A DNA stretch of 56,871 nt from an archaeon. Its GTDB lineage: Archaea > Iainarchaeota > Iainarchaeia > Iainarchaeales > Iainarchaeaceae. The notes under the pieces were generated by a model that was given only the letters and a program-made list of their open reading frames with translations, was not told the DNA's origin and made no database searches. The stretch covers positions 1 to 56,871 of the forward strand of contig JANLGZ010000070.1 in NCBI GenBank assembly GCA_024653905.1. Direction: 5' to 3'. Positions 26,354-35,825 of the stretch are shown one piece after another. The stretch's first letter is position 1; the number at the start of each line of letters is the position of its first letter. Both the position numbers and the translations under genes were made by a program.

Positions 26354-27190
26354 TTAGTTTCTGGTTCCCATCAAAAGTGAAACCGCAATTCCAGTTATGA
26401 ATGCCACCATTGCATCGGTTGCAAAGTAACCTGTGGAAAGCATTATACTCATTGGAATTTCTGCCCAATATATTCCAAGAGCCATTGAAAGAATTATTCC
26501 GAAAACAGAAGCTATAATGAAATGAGTTATACCTTTCAAATAAGAATGATAAGTTGTCTTAATGAAAATCAATGCACCAACAATAAAAATTCCAAAGAAA
26601 ATCATTCCAACCTCAGGATTAGGAGCACTTATTGTTTTGCTGGAAAAAACACCGAACTGTGCAATAATCACATAACTCAAAACAGCCAATAAAGAACGAT
26701 CGTCCTTCAGAGAATTCATGATGTTTCCAGGCGTAAGAGCCTGAGTAGTATAAGCCATGGGTTGCTGTAATTGAGTCGGGGTAAAATTTGGCGCAGCAGA
26801 TTTCGTTTCTTTAAAAAACTCCTCTCTGGGTTCATCTCTTTTTTTTACCTGTCTATTAAAAGCACCAAATGCAATAACCAATGCGGCAATTGCACCAAGA
26901 ATTCCTATAACTCCAAAAAGAATTATCTGCCCTGTGAAACCTTCAGCAGCAAGTTTTGCACCAAAAGTAGTTAGGAAAAAAAACGCGCTTAAACCAATAA
27001 CAATAAGCAAAAAGAAACGCTTAATCAAGCCAAAAATAAAGGCACTGACCTCGAAAAATAAAATCAAAAGAACAATCAATAAAGCGCCTATTATCAAAAT
27101 AGACAATAAATCCCCCGAAAGCACATTCTTCGGCAACGACTCCGCATAAGTGATTGAAGAACTAATATCAAAGAAAGAAAAATCCACCAT
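26354..27190 (-). CDS. hypothetical multi-pass membrane protein
   Basis: 278 aa. Two blocks of transmembrane helices separated by a polar linker. Confidence 0.5.
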   Translation of the reverse strand: MVDFSFFDISSSITYAESLPKNVLSGDLLSILIIGALLIVLLILFFEVSAFIFGLIKRFFLLIVIGLSAFFFLTTFGAKLAAEGFTGQIILFGVIGILGAIAALVIAFGAFNRQVKKRDEPREEFFKETKSAAPNFTPTQLQQPMAYTTQALTPGNIMNSLKDDRSLLAVLSYVIIAQFGVFSSKTISAPNPEVGMIFFGIFIVGALIFIKTTYHSYLKGITHFIIASVFGIILSMALGIYWAEIPMSIMLSTGYFATDAMVAFITGIAVSLLMGTRN

Positions 27191-27250
27191 GCTAAAACAT
27201 ATGTGATTCTAATATTAAAGTTTTTACTAACCAAAATGAAAGGGTTAAAA

Positions 27251-27264
27251 AGCCCTAAAGGGCT
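27251..27264. promoter_or_regulatory. perfect palindrome AGCCCTAAAGGGCT upstream of the ArsR-containing operon
   Basis: 6-bp arms with a 2-bp spacer, 12 nt upstream of the ATG at 27276. It is GC-rich within an AT-rich spacer. Confidence 0.35.
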
Positions 27265-27275
27265 CATATTTAAGT

Positions 27276-27539
27276 ATGGAAGGAAAAAGAGAAAACTCTA
27301 CCTGGGATAATTTCTTTGAGAAAATAGAAGACTATATCGGAAACAGCGTAGAAAGGTTTGTCGCATTCATTTTTTTTATAGTCACAATAGGAAGCGTTAT
27401 GGGGTATTTTGTCGGAACACGCGGAGAATCCGAATTGTTGCTTGTGATAATGCCAATCGCAGGACTATTGGCTTACAATAACAGAGCCTTTGCAATAGCA
27501 GGTTTTGTTCTTTTTCTTATATTAATAATTTTATTATGA
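27276..27539 (+). CDS. small membrane protein (2 TM)
   Basis: 87-aa ORF with two hydrophobic helices. It is the first gene of the operon. Confidence 0.4.
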   Translation: MEGKRENSTWDNFFEKIEDYIGNSVERFVAFIFFIVTIGSVMGYFVGTRGESELLLVIMPIAGLLAYNNRAFAIAGFVLFLILIILL

Positions 27540-27548
27540 GGCGATATT

Positions 27549-28145
27549 ATGGATGAAGTGTCTCTTACTAATAACGAATTCAAAGCATTATCTTCCAAAA
27601 CAAGAACTAATTTACTGAAAATGCTTCACGAAAGAAATTATACTCTTTCAGAATTAGCATCAAAATCAGGAATGGCAGCACCAACAGTAAAACAACACAC
27701 CACTGTTTTAGTGGAATCTGGTTTAATCGAACTTAAAGATGAAGGAAGAAAATGGAAATATTATGCTTTAACTGGAAAAGGGAAAAAAATTATTGAGTCA
27801 GAACAAAAACACACAAATATCCTCATTATACTTTCATCCACAATTTTTGTTGTATTAATTGGATTTGCTGCAATGTTTTCATTAATCGGAATACAAAATG
27901 TTCCAATAATGGCAGGCACAGAATACAAGCAGACAAGCATTGAACCAATAGAAGCAATGGAAAATACAATGGCAGAAATAACCGCAGGAAGCGGATTAGA
28001 TTCGCAGAAAATTATTCAATGCTTTTCAAAAATCGAAAATATAAGAACCCTAGAAGAAGCATGTGCAGAATTAAATGACCAAGAGAGCTGTGAATCATAT
28101 GATTTGCAAAAAGACGGGTTTAAAGACTGCAAATGGCAACAATAA
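27549..28145 (+). CDS. ArsR-family winged-helix regulator with TM anchor and Cys-rich C-terminal ectodomain
   Basis: FKALSSKTRTNLLKMLHERNYTLSELASKSGMAAPTVKQHTTVLVESGLIELKDEGRKWKYYALTGKG is an ArsR/SmtB-type wHTH. It is followed by a transmembrane helix (ILIILSSTIFVVLIGFAAMFSLIG) and a tail with 4 Cys. Confidence 0.7.
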   Translation: MDEVSLTNNEFKALSSKTRTNLLKMLHERNYTLSELASKSGMAAPTVKQHTTVLVESGLIELKDEGRKWKYYALTGKGKKIIESEQKHTNILIILSSTIFVVLIGFAAMFSLIGIQNVPIMAGTEYKQTSIEPIEAMENTMAEITAGSGLDSQKIIQCFSKIENIRTLEEACAELNDQESCESYDLQKDGFKDCKWQQ

Positions 28146-28198
28146 AGATATCGGCAATCAACGTAATATTTATAGTAGTTTTATAGCTTAATATTCTA

Positions 28199-28732
28199 AT
28201 GAATTCAAATGGTTTTTTTGGCGCAATAGTGTTACTTCTGGCAATAGAAGCATTACTCCTGATTAACAGCACAGAAAACGAGCTATTCCTCCAACAAGAA
28301 AATATGGAAAACAAAATCTCTGCAATAGAAAAAACAGGGTTTGAAAGAACAGAAGCGGAACTATTTTTGGATAAAGTAATAGAACACCAGTTTGAAACAA
28401 ATGTCTCAAAACCTGTTGTTGCTGAAGAAATAAAATTCAGAATAAATTCAGAAATAATAAAAGCATTCCAAGAACTTGATTTGAAAAACACCGGTATTTG
28501 TAAAGAAAATTTTTCGGGAAAAGAAATCAAAGTCAAAGAATTAAACCTTGAAAACTTAACAACGATTACTTCTCTTTCAGTGATTCCACAAGGAGAATTT
28601 ACAATACTCCAATACACAATCAGCGGAGGAATAAATTATAATCTTTTCCCGTGCGCAGAAATCTCCAATGAAAATTTTTCAAATTATTTCAGAATTCCTA
28701 TTAATTATTCAATAATGCGAGTGATTATATGA
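28199..28732 (+). CDS. pilin-like protein (class III signal peptide-like N-terminus)
   Basis: MNSNG/FFGAIVLLLAIEALLL: a short polar leader ending in Gly, then a hydrophobic helix. It is coupled to the following genes. Confidence 0.45.
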   Translation: MNSNGFFGAIVLLLAIEALLLINSTENELFLQQENMENKISAIEKTGFERTEAELFLDKVIEHQFETNVSKPVVAEEIKFRINSEIIKAFQELDLKNTGICKENFSGKEIKVKELNLENLTTITSLSVIPQGEFTILQYTISGGINYNLFPCAEISNENFSNYFRIPINYSIMRVII

Positions 28733-29028
28733 ACTCGACTGAAATAATTCTTGCTATTTTACTTTTGCTTAGTTTTAGCATTTTTATCACAGGAATGGAA
28801 AACAAAATAATAGAAAACACCCACTTATTGAAAAATAAATTTATTGAAAAATCTTCTTTTTCAGAATGCACAGCACTATCAAATATGTATTACGCTCATT
28901 CAGGAGGAAACCTGAATGAAAAATTAAAATGCGCTGAAAGAAACATTATTCCAAGTGAAATACAAATTCTGCAAAATGGAATTATAATAGGAGTTGAAAA
29001 CCATTATGGAAAAAGGCATGATTTTTAG
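28729..29028 (+). CDS. pilin-like small protein
   Basis: 99 aa, MNSTEIILAILLLLSFSIFITG. ATGA overlap with the upstream gene. Confidence 0.4.
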   Translation: MNSTEIILAILLLLSFSIFITGMENKIIENTHLLKNKFIEKSSFSECTALSNMYYAHSGGNLNEKLKCAERNIIPSEIQILQNGIIIGVENHYGKRHDF

Positions 29029-29458
29029 CCTAGACGCCATGATTGCAACAGCAATATTATTATTATCGCTGATGCTAATTTTTCTTTCGTTTAATTCTTT
29101 TGCCCAGAACCAGATACAAAACACAAAAGAAAGTGACAAAGAACTGTTTGCTCTGGCGCTCTCCGAAGCAATTGTAAAAAATAGAAACGAAAAAGAACCG
29201 TGGAAAGGGGCGATTTATTTCGATTCCGAAAAGCAAAGAACAGAGCAGAATGTTATCGATGCTGTTCTTTTAAGCAAAATTTCAGAAACTGATTTTGGAG
29301 ATTATTTACTTTCCGGGATTTACGAACGGAGCAGTAATGAAATACAATATTTTTTCAATAAACAAAAAAATAATTGTTTGGTTGTTGAAAGATTTGTTGT
29401 TGTGAAGGAAATTTTGGAAAGAAAAACAATTTTAGGGGTTGTTGTCTGTGAAGAATAA
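29006..29458 (+). CDS. pilin-like protein (class III signal peptide)
   Basis: The ATG at 29006 follows AGGAG (28989-28993). MEKG/MIFSLDAMIATAILLLSLMLIFL. The track's TTG start at 28994 is less likely. Confidence 0.5.
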   Translation: MEKGMIFSLDAMIATAILLLSLMLIFLSFNSFAQNQIQNTKESDKELFALALSEAIVKNRNEKEPWKGAIYFDSEKQRTEQNVIDAVLLSKISETDFGDYLLSGIYERSSNEIQYFFNKQKNNCLVVERFVVVKEILERKTILGVVVCEE

Positions 29459-29792
29459 CGGATTTTTTTCATTAGAAGCATTGCTGGCATTTTCAATAAT
29501 TGTTTTGCTGATTGCAGTAACACCCATTAATGAAAATTTTTCTGGAAAAGATTTGTTTGCTCAGCAAAAAGAGAACGATCTTCTTATTGTTTGGGCAAGA
29601 AACAATTCAGGAAAAGAAGAAATGCTGAAAGATGCTGAACTTTTTCTAAAAGGGAGTAAATTTGAAATTACAATAAACAATGAAAAATATTTACCTGAAT
29701 TAAATAAAGAGGGCAAAGACGTTATTTCAAGAGGAATAAAAAGATCCAATAAAGGAAAAATTGAAACAATAAGGATTTCAATTCAGAATTAA
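29439..29792 (+). CDS. pilin-like protein (class III signal peptide)
   Basis: ..VKNNG/FFSLEALLAFSIIVLLIAV. The start is non-ATG (TTG 29439/29442 or GTG 29448). Confidence 0.5.
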   Translation: MLSVKNNGFFSLEALLAFSIIVLLIAVTPINENFSGKDLFAQQKENDLLIVWARNNSGKEEMLKDAELFLKGSKFEITINNEKYLPELNKEGKDVISRGIKRSNKGKIETIRISIQN

Positions 29793-30173
29793 TTTCCCAT
29801 TCTCTTTTTTCAGAACAACAATTAAATTTTCTTTGAAGTTTTTTGATGATTCAAGCATAATATTTTCTGGGAGTTGAAGGGAAATGTTTTTTCCCGAATT
29901 TGAATGAACTATTAGTGCCACGGGGGAATCTTTTAGTTCCCATTCATTGATTATTTTGTAAGAAAATTGTTTTTGCGAACCTTCCCCCAATAAAGAAAGT
30001 GTTTTTGATGAATTGTTTAATTCATTCACAAAACGCTTGGCATTTTGAACATCTATTGCATATAAAGAAGATTCTTCCAGTTCAGAAAATGCTGATGTGA
30101 AAACAGAAAGGAAAGCAAGTATAGCTGTTAAAAGAAGAAGAAATTCAATACTTAACTGACCATTTGAATTCAT
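29778..30173 (-). CDS. pilin-like protein, DUF361-type (G/QxSxEF)
   Basis: MNSNG/QLSIEFLLLLTAILAFL. ATGA overlap with the upstream small pilin. Confidence 0.55.
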   Translation of the reverse strand: MNSNGQLSIEFLLLLTAILAFLSVFTSAFSELEESSLYAIDVQNAKRFVNELNNSSKTLSLLGEGSQKQFSYKIINEWELKDSPVALIVHSNSGKNISLQLPENIMLESSKNFKENLIVVLKKENGKLILN

Positions 30174-30337
30174 ATATCCTCTATTTCCTTGAAAATTGAA
30201 TCTGTTTTCTTATCAAAAACTTTTGTGCCCTGCTCAGCGGTTTTCTGCAATTGCGAAACCAAAAGAAGAACAATGGCAACCACAGCAGCAAGAACAATAA
30301 TGAGTTCGATTGAGATTTGTGCTTTTTCTCCAAACAT
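30170..30337 (-). CDS. small type IV pilin, DUF361-type (55 aa)
   Basis: Not in the ORF track. ATG at 30337-30335, TGA at 30172-30170. MFGEKA/QISIELIIVLAAVVAIVLLLVSQLQKTAEQGTKVFDKKTDSIFKEIEDI. Confidence 0.6.
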   Translation of the reverse strand: MFGEKAQISIELIIVLAAVVAIVLLLVSQLQKTAEQGTKVFDKKTDSIFKEIEDI

Positions 30338-30471
30338 TATGAAATAAAGGAAAAAACACTTTTTAAATATTACGTTAATTGACGAATATCTTATTTTGAG
30401 TTAAATTGTTTGAAAAATCGGCAAATTGCTCAAGCAATGCTTTTTATTGCTTTTGAAACAGAATCAATCTC

Positions 30472-31089
30472 ATGGCTGACAGAGAAAGAAATGATTTAAT
30501 TATTAGCTGGTTAACTGTAAGTTTTGCATTTGCATGGATAGGTTTAGGAATATTCTCAGTTAATGGAGTTAGTGATTTTATAACCCAATTAGCAGTAATG
30601 CTGGTTGCAGTAGGCACAGGATTTATACTTCATGAATTGGCACACAAATATGTTGCTATTCATTATGGCGCTAAGGCAGAATTTCGAGCATGGAGACAGG
30701 GATTATTGCTGGCAATAGGATTAGCAATTTTTACAAATGGGTCTTTTGTATTTGCAGCACCTGGAGCAGTTTATGTTTTTGGTAAAAGTATAACCGTAAA
30801 AGAAAACGGACACATATCAATAGCTGGGCCAATAACAAATTTGCTTGTTGTTCTTTTGTTTGGTTTATTGCTTGCACTAACTAATCCAACTGAATTTTTG
30901 GCACAGATAATTATCTCCGCAATGTATGTAAATTTCTTTTTAGCAGCATTCAACTTATTACCTATTTTTCCGCTTGATGGAAGCAAAGTTTTCATGTGGA
31001 ACAAAGGCGCATGGGTATTAACAATGCTTATTGCTGCATCAGGAGTTTTGTTTTTTAAATTTTATTTAGCAATTTTCTCTATCCTCTGA
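30472..31089 (+). CDS. site-2 protease family (M50) zinc metalloprotease
   Basis: 205 aa, multi-pass. HELAHKYVA (HExxH) and NLLPIFPLDGSKV (LDG motif). Confidence 0.8.
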   Translation: MADRERNDLIISWLTVSFAFAWIGLGIFSVNGVSDFITQLAVMLVAVGTGFILHELAHKYVAIHYGAKAEFRAWRQGLLLAIGLAIFTNGSFVFAAPGAVYVFGKSITVKENGHISIAGPITNLLVVLLFGLLLALTNPTEFLAQIIISAMYVNFFLAAFNLLPIFPLDGSKVFMWNKGAWVLTMLIAASGVLFFKFYLAIFSIL

Positions 31090-31120
31090 TTTAAAAAAAC
31101 CTTATTGTCAGATATAATTA

Positions 31121-31906
31121 ATGAACAAAATAATTCTGATTTTAATTGTTTTATTAATGACATTAGCAGGATGCACCCAGCAAACACCTGAAGGGCAAAC
31201 ATGCGTTCAAGTAATAACTCCTGCTATTTCTCCGGAAGGAAATTGCACTGAATTTCCAACACCTTGTGATGTTCCTAAAGGATTTACTTTAGTTGAATCT
31301 TGTGATGCTGACGAACAGGGAACTTCTGAAGAACCAATAATTGGTGGCGATGCTGACGAACACGGATGTATAGGTTCAGCAGGATATTCTTGGTGTGAAA
31401 TCAAAGACAAATGTTTACGCATATGGGAAGAAGCTTGTGAAAAAGAAACAGAAATAATCCCAAATTTAGATGATATTATTCCGCAAACACCATCAAAATT
31501 TAATTTTGAATCTGACCTTAAATACTGCGAATATGATGGCTTATTTGAAAAATACACTTGGTTTTACCAAATCAAAAATACAACGGATAACCTGCCAACC
31601 TACGGTGCAAAAGTCTGGATGAAACTTGATGAAATTGATAAAGCACAGGTTAAAACAATTCAGGGAAATTATAAAAAAGACCGAATCCTTTGGGAAGAAT
31701 TACAATATAGTCACATAACTTATGGCACGTTCAGAGGTCAAGTATGGGACATACGAAATGTGGACACGAATTTAACCGTTGATTATCAGCTTATTTATTG
31801 TGAACCAGAGTTTGACACAAAAGAAAGTTGCACTGCATCAACAGGAATTGTTATTGCAGAAGGAAATACTTCAGAAGACTGCAATATAGCAGGCGAAGTA
31901 AACTAA
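31121..31906 (+). CDS. Cys-rich secreted lipoprotein, hypothetical
   Basis: MNKIILILIVLLMTLAGC is a lipobox-like signal. Many paired cysteines are present, including GGDADEHGCIGSAGYSWCEIKDKCLRIWEEAC. Confidence 0.5.
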   Translation: MNKIILILIVLLMTLAGCTQQTPEGQTCVQVITPAISPEGNCTEFPTPCDVPKGFTLVESCDADEQGTSEEPIIGGDADEHGCIGSAGYSWCEIKDKCLRIWEEACEKETEIIPNLDDIIPQTPSKFNFESDLKYCEYDGLFEKYTWFYQIKNTTDNLPTYGAKVWMKLDEIDKAQVKTIQGNYKKDRILWEELQYSHITYGTFRGQVWDIRNVDTNLTVDYQLIYCEPEFDTKESCTASTGIVIAEGNTSEDCNIAGEVN

Positions 31907-34900
31907 TTATCTTACATAACTAGGTTTGAACGCTTGAGTAGCTTGGCTTTTAAAAGCTTTATAAGCTTCAATAGTTTCTTGAGTTATAGAAGGAGTTGTT
32001 TTATTCAGAGCTTCCTCCAAATGAGAAAGTTTAATTTCTTTGGATTTGAAATTTGATTCTTTCATAGAAAGTAATGCCGCCTCTCTTATCAGACCTTCAA
32101 TATCAGCACCACTATAACCTTCAGTTTTTTGAGCAATCTCATTCAAATCAATATTGCTTGCTAAAGGAGTGTCTTTTGTATGAATTTCTAAAATAACTTT
32201 TCTTGCACCAAGGTCAGGAGCAGGAATATGAATAATTTTATCTATTCTGCCTGGACGCATTAGAGCAGGATCTATTAAATCAGGCCTGTTAGTAGCCGCA
32301 ACAAAAACAACTCCTTTAAGTTCCTCAACACCATCAAGCTCGGTTAAAAGCTGATTAACCATTCTTTCACCAACACCAGAACCATCTCCAGAACCCCTTC
32401 TTGAGGAGATAGCATCAAACTCATCAAAGAAAATAATAACAGGAGAAACCTGCCTAGCTCTTTGGAAAATTTTTCTAATACCTTTTTCACTGTTATGTGC
32501 AAAAATTCCGCCAAATCCTGCAACAAAATTTTGACATGGATCTACAGAAATATCATAAACATCACCAGAATAATTAACTTCATTTATTTCCTTCACCTTA
32601 TCCCAATAAATGTCCGCCTCAACAAGTTTCCACAACGAAGAATATTTTTCTTTTTGTATATCAACTACACACAGTGCTTCTCTGAGCTTCCGCACACCAA
32701 CCGAATGATTCTTAGGATAAGATCCAAAAGCACTTTCAAGAACCTCAGTTATTTTATAGTTGACCGGAATGACATTGCTACGAGACCATGCTTTTTCTTC
32801 AATATAACTTCCCACAAGAATATTTCTACGTGAATCGATAAAACCAATAGCCATAAACTTCCTGAAATTTTCAACACCAAACACCTGCACACCATAACTC
32901 ATAGTGCCATTCCACTCAAGCTTTTCTCTGCAACCTGCAACAATCCCCATTTTAAGGAAAAGATAAAGCAAATCATTTGCCAGATTTTTACTGACAGTAG
33001 AGGCTTCAATAACATATCTTCTCTCTGACCTTGTTATCGACCCATCACCACTGAAATAGCCCTTAAGGAAATTCTGAACCTGGATATTTGATGCAGCAAA
33101 CAAAAAACCAGGAATCCTTTTATTGAAAGCACCTGTTTTCAGCCCGAAAACCTTGTCAAGAACATGTTTGAAAATACATGAATTTACAATAATATTTGTT
33201 TCTGTTTTAGTGACCCCCAATCCTAAAGTTTGAAGAATCGTTAAGGTATCCTGTCTTATTTCAGGATTTGCATTTGTAATCCTCACAATGTCCCCATTAA
33301 AATCCCCCTCAGCAACAAAAAGCCCCAATATTCTGCACAAATCAGCATCAACCTTAAAGAAAATCGGAAGGTGACTCCTTGCCCCCTTAACTCCAATAGT
33401 TATTTTTGAAAAGTCCGGTTTGAATCCTGTTTTATCAATAAGCTCACTGAATTTTCCGGCATCAACAGAAAGATTTTTGCAAATTATATCAGCTATATAT
33501 TTTTTACTTACCCCCAAAGCCAGAGACACTTTGTCCAACCCATACTGTTTTTTTGCCAACTTCAGGTTTCCCGCAACATTTGAAAGCATATACCCTTTCC
33601 TGTCCCTGAAATGCTCAAACAAATTGAGTTCAGAAAAAGCAGTTGAAACATTAGGAATTCTTGATGGAATTGCAATCACGCTTTCTCCAGCAACAAGATT
33701 TTTCGTCGCCACAGACTCTATTTCAGACCCAACAAGTGAAAAGAGCGAATGCTTATCAGTGACTTTTATTCTCCTTCCTGTCTTTGTTTTGACTTCAAGC
33801 ATTTTGCCATTAAGAGGATGTTTTATATGACCTGTAATTTTGGAAAAAATCACCCTGCCATCAGAATCAAATGTGACAACCTGAACTCCAAGTTTTTCCT
33901 CAACAATCCGCCCTATTTTTTCCCTGTAAATATATTTGCCGTCAAACACCAAAAGTTCTTCATCATAAGGAAGGCTCTCGCCCACCCCCATTGAAATTAA
34001 TTGCGGACCTTTAATGCTGATAAAATTTGCTTCTGATTCTGTGGCAACTGCTTTAGCAAGCAAAGTTTTTCCAGTACCAGGAGGACCATAAAATAAAATT
34101 CCCCTTGGAGGTTTAATTCCCATTTTTTGAAAAACATCAGCATGTTTCAATGGCCATTCAATAGCCTGTTTTAATTCTTCTTTAACTTGTTCAAGGCCGC
34201 CAATCTGATCCCATTTAACATTAGGGACTTCAATTGCAACCTCTCTTAATGCAGAGGGCTGAACATCTTTCAAGGCTTCTAAAAAATCATCCTTGTTAAC
34301 TTCTAAACTTTCCAAAACCTCTGTAGGAATTGTTTCATCCTCAAGATTAATTTTCGGCAGGTATCTTCTCAAAGCTTTCATAGCAGACTCTTTTGCCAAA
34401 GCTTCTAAATCAGCACCAACAAAACCATGGGTTATAGAAGCAAGCCTATTCAAAAAAACATCTAATAATTTATTTTCAATTTCTTCCCTTTCACGCAAAG
34501 AAAGACTAGAAAAAAACTTAGTTTTAAATTGACCCGTGAGTTCTTGGAGTTTTAATGGCTCATTAATCTCTTCGAATTTTCTGAAAATTTCTAATTTACG
34601 CTCTGCTGAGATGATTTCTTTTTTCACTAAACCCAAAACTTCGGTTAAATGGGCAGAATCAAGAGGCGGAGCAAGCGGCATTCCTCTTGTGTGAATCTGG
34701 AAAATTTCCAAACGATCTTTTTTGGAAGGAACACCGATTTCAATTTCTCTGTCAAATCTTCCCGGTCTTCTCAGAGCTTCATCAATACTGTTTATCCTAT
34801 TAGTAGCACCAATAACAATTACTTGACCTCTTGCTTCCATACCATCCATGGCACTTAAAATCTGAGCAACAACTCTTCTTTCAACTTCCCCAACAACTTC

Positions 34901-35782
34901 GTCTCTCTTTGGAGCAATAGCATCAATTTCATCAAAGAAAATAATAGAAGGAGCATTCTTCTCAGCTTCCTTAAAAACTTCCCTGATTCTTTCCTCAGCT
35001 TCACCAACAAACTTACTCATAATACTCGGAGAACTGATTGAAATGAAATGCGCCTGAGTTTCATTCGCAACTGCTTTAGCAAGCAAAGTTTTTCCAGTAC
35101 CAGGAGGACCATAAAGCAAAACTCCTTTTGGCGGACTAATACCTAACTTTCTGAAAATTTCAGGATGCTTCATCGGAAGCTCAATCATTTCCCTGACCTT
35201 TTGCACCTGTTCTCCTAAACCGCCAATATCCTCATAAGCAATTCTTGGAATCCCTGCAAGCGAATCCTTAACTGGTTCTTCTTTCAAAATAAACTGAGTA
35301 AAATCAGTTACTTTTACAACGCCGCGAGGATTAGTATCAATAACCTGATAAATAAAACCAGAACCAAAAACACTAATTAAAACTCTGTCGCCTTTATGCA
35401 AAGGTCTTCCAATAAAATTTTTCTTAAGAATCCGATCATATCCCGAAGCAATAATTCTAACTTCTTGAGTCGGAGCAAGAACAACTCTTTTTGCTTCTTC
35501 AAATTCAGCCTTTTTCACCACTACTTTTTCCCCAAGACCAACCCCTGCATTTCTCCTGATTAAATTATCCATTCTAATAAGACCTTTGCCCTCATCTTCC
35601 TGTCGGGCCGGCCATATAACCGCCGCAGTCTTCTGAGAACCATTAATCTCAACAATATCTCCAGAGGTTACCCCTAAATCTTCCTTGGTCTGTCTATCAA
35701 GAGTAATAATGTTCCTGCCAACATGACTAGGATCAGGATCTTCAACCCTTAGACTAATCTGTTTTTTTGATTTTTCAACCAT
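31907..35782 (-). CDS. cdc48: CDC48/VCP-like AAA+ ATPase, intein-containing precursor
   Basis: 1291 aa. N-domain, then D1 ([27 protein letters not shown]) and D2 ([27 protein letters not shown]). The D2 sequence VGE/SEK is interrupted by 495 aa. Confidence 0.9.
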   Translation of the reverse strand: MVEKSKKQISLRVEDPDPSHVGRNIITLDRQTKEDLGVTSGDIVEINGSQKTAAVIWPARQEDEGKGLIRMDNLIRRNAGVGLGEKVVVKKAEFEEAKRVVLAPTQEVRIIASGYDRILKKNFIGRPLHKGDRVLISVFGSGFIYQVIDTNPRGVVKVTDFTQFILKEEPVKDSLAGIPRIAYEDIGGLGEQVQKVREMIELPMKHPEIFRKLGISPPKGVLLYGPPGTGKTLLAKAVANETQAHFISISSPSIMSKFVGEAEERIREVFKEAEKNAPSIIFFDEIDAIAPKRDEVVGEVERRVVAQILSAMDGMEARGQVIVIGATNRINSIDEALRRPGRFDREIEIGVPSKKDRLEIFQIHTRGMPLAPPLDSAHLTEVLGLVKKEIISAERKLEIFRKFEEINEPLKLQELTGQFKTKFFSSLSLREREEIENKLLDVFLNRLASITHGFVGADLEALAKESAMKALRRYLPKINLEDETIPTEVLESLEVNKDDFLEALKDVQPSALREVAIEVPNVKWDQIGGLEQVKEELKQAIEWPLKHADVFQKMGIKPPRGILFYGPPGTGKTLLAKAVATESEANFISIKGPQLISMGVGESLPYDEELLVFDGKYIYREKIGRIVEEKLGVQVVTFDSDGRVIFSKITGHIKHPLNGKMLEVKTKTGRRIKVTDKHSLFSLVGSEIESVATKNLVAGESVIAIPSRIPNVSTAFSELNLFEHFRDRKGYMLSNVAGNLKLAKKQYGLDKVSLALGVSKKYIADIICKNLSVDAGKFSELIDKTGFKPDFSKITIGVKGARSHLPIFFKVDADLCRILGLFVAEGDFNGDIVRITNANPEIRQDTLTILQTLGLGVTKTETNIIVNSCIFKHVLDKVFGLKTGAFNKRIPGFLFAASNIQVQNFLKGYFSGDGSITRSERRYVIEASTVSKNLANDLLYLFLKMGIVAGCREKLEWNGTMSYGVQVFGVENFRKFMAIGFIDSRRNILVGSYIEEKAWSRSNVIPVNYKITEVLESAFGSYPKNHSVGVRKLREALCVVDIQKEKYSSLWKLVEADIYWDKVKEINEVNYSGDVYDISVDPCQNFVAGFGGIFAHNSEKGIRKIFQRARQVSPVIIFFDEFDAISSRRGSGDGSGVGERMVNQLLTELDGVEELKGVVFVAATNRPDLIDPALMRPGRIDKIIHIPAPDLGARKVILEIHTKDTPLASNIDLNEIAQKTEGYSGADIEGLIREAALLSMKESNFKSKEIKLSHLEEALNKTTPSITQETIEAYKAFKSQATQAFKPSYVR
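32492..33976 (-). mobile_element. intein with LAGLIDADG homing endonuclease domain, in CDC48 D2
   Basis: The N-extein ends ...[11 protein letters not shown]. The intein starts [13 protein letters not shown] (Ser1). Block B is [17 protein letters not shown] motifs are [10 protein letters not shown] and [12 protein letters not shown]. It ends [23 protein letters not shown], followed by +1 Ser (SEKGIRKIF). Removal restores the canonical [12 protein letters not shown]. Coordinates were hand-counted (aa 603-1097). Confidence 0.85.
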
Positions 35783-35825
35783 AAATGAACAACTCTTGAA
35801 AAGTAATAAGAATATAACTAATCAA

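Noticed and set aside
28120-28617. 165-aa minus-strand ORF
   Set aside because: It is antisense to the first pilin-like gene and overlaps the ArsR gene end. S/F/I-rich shadow-ORF composition.
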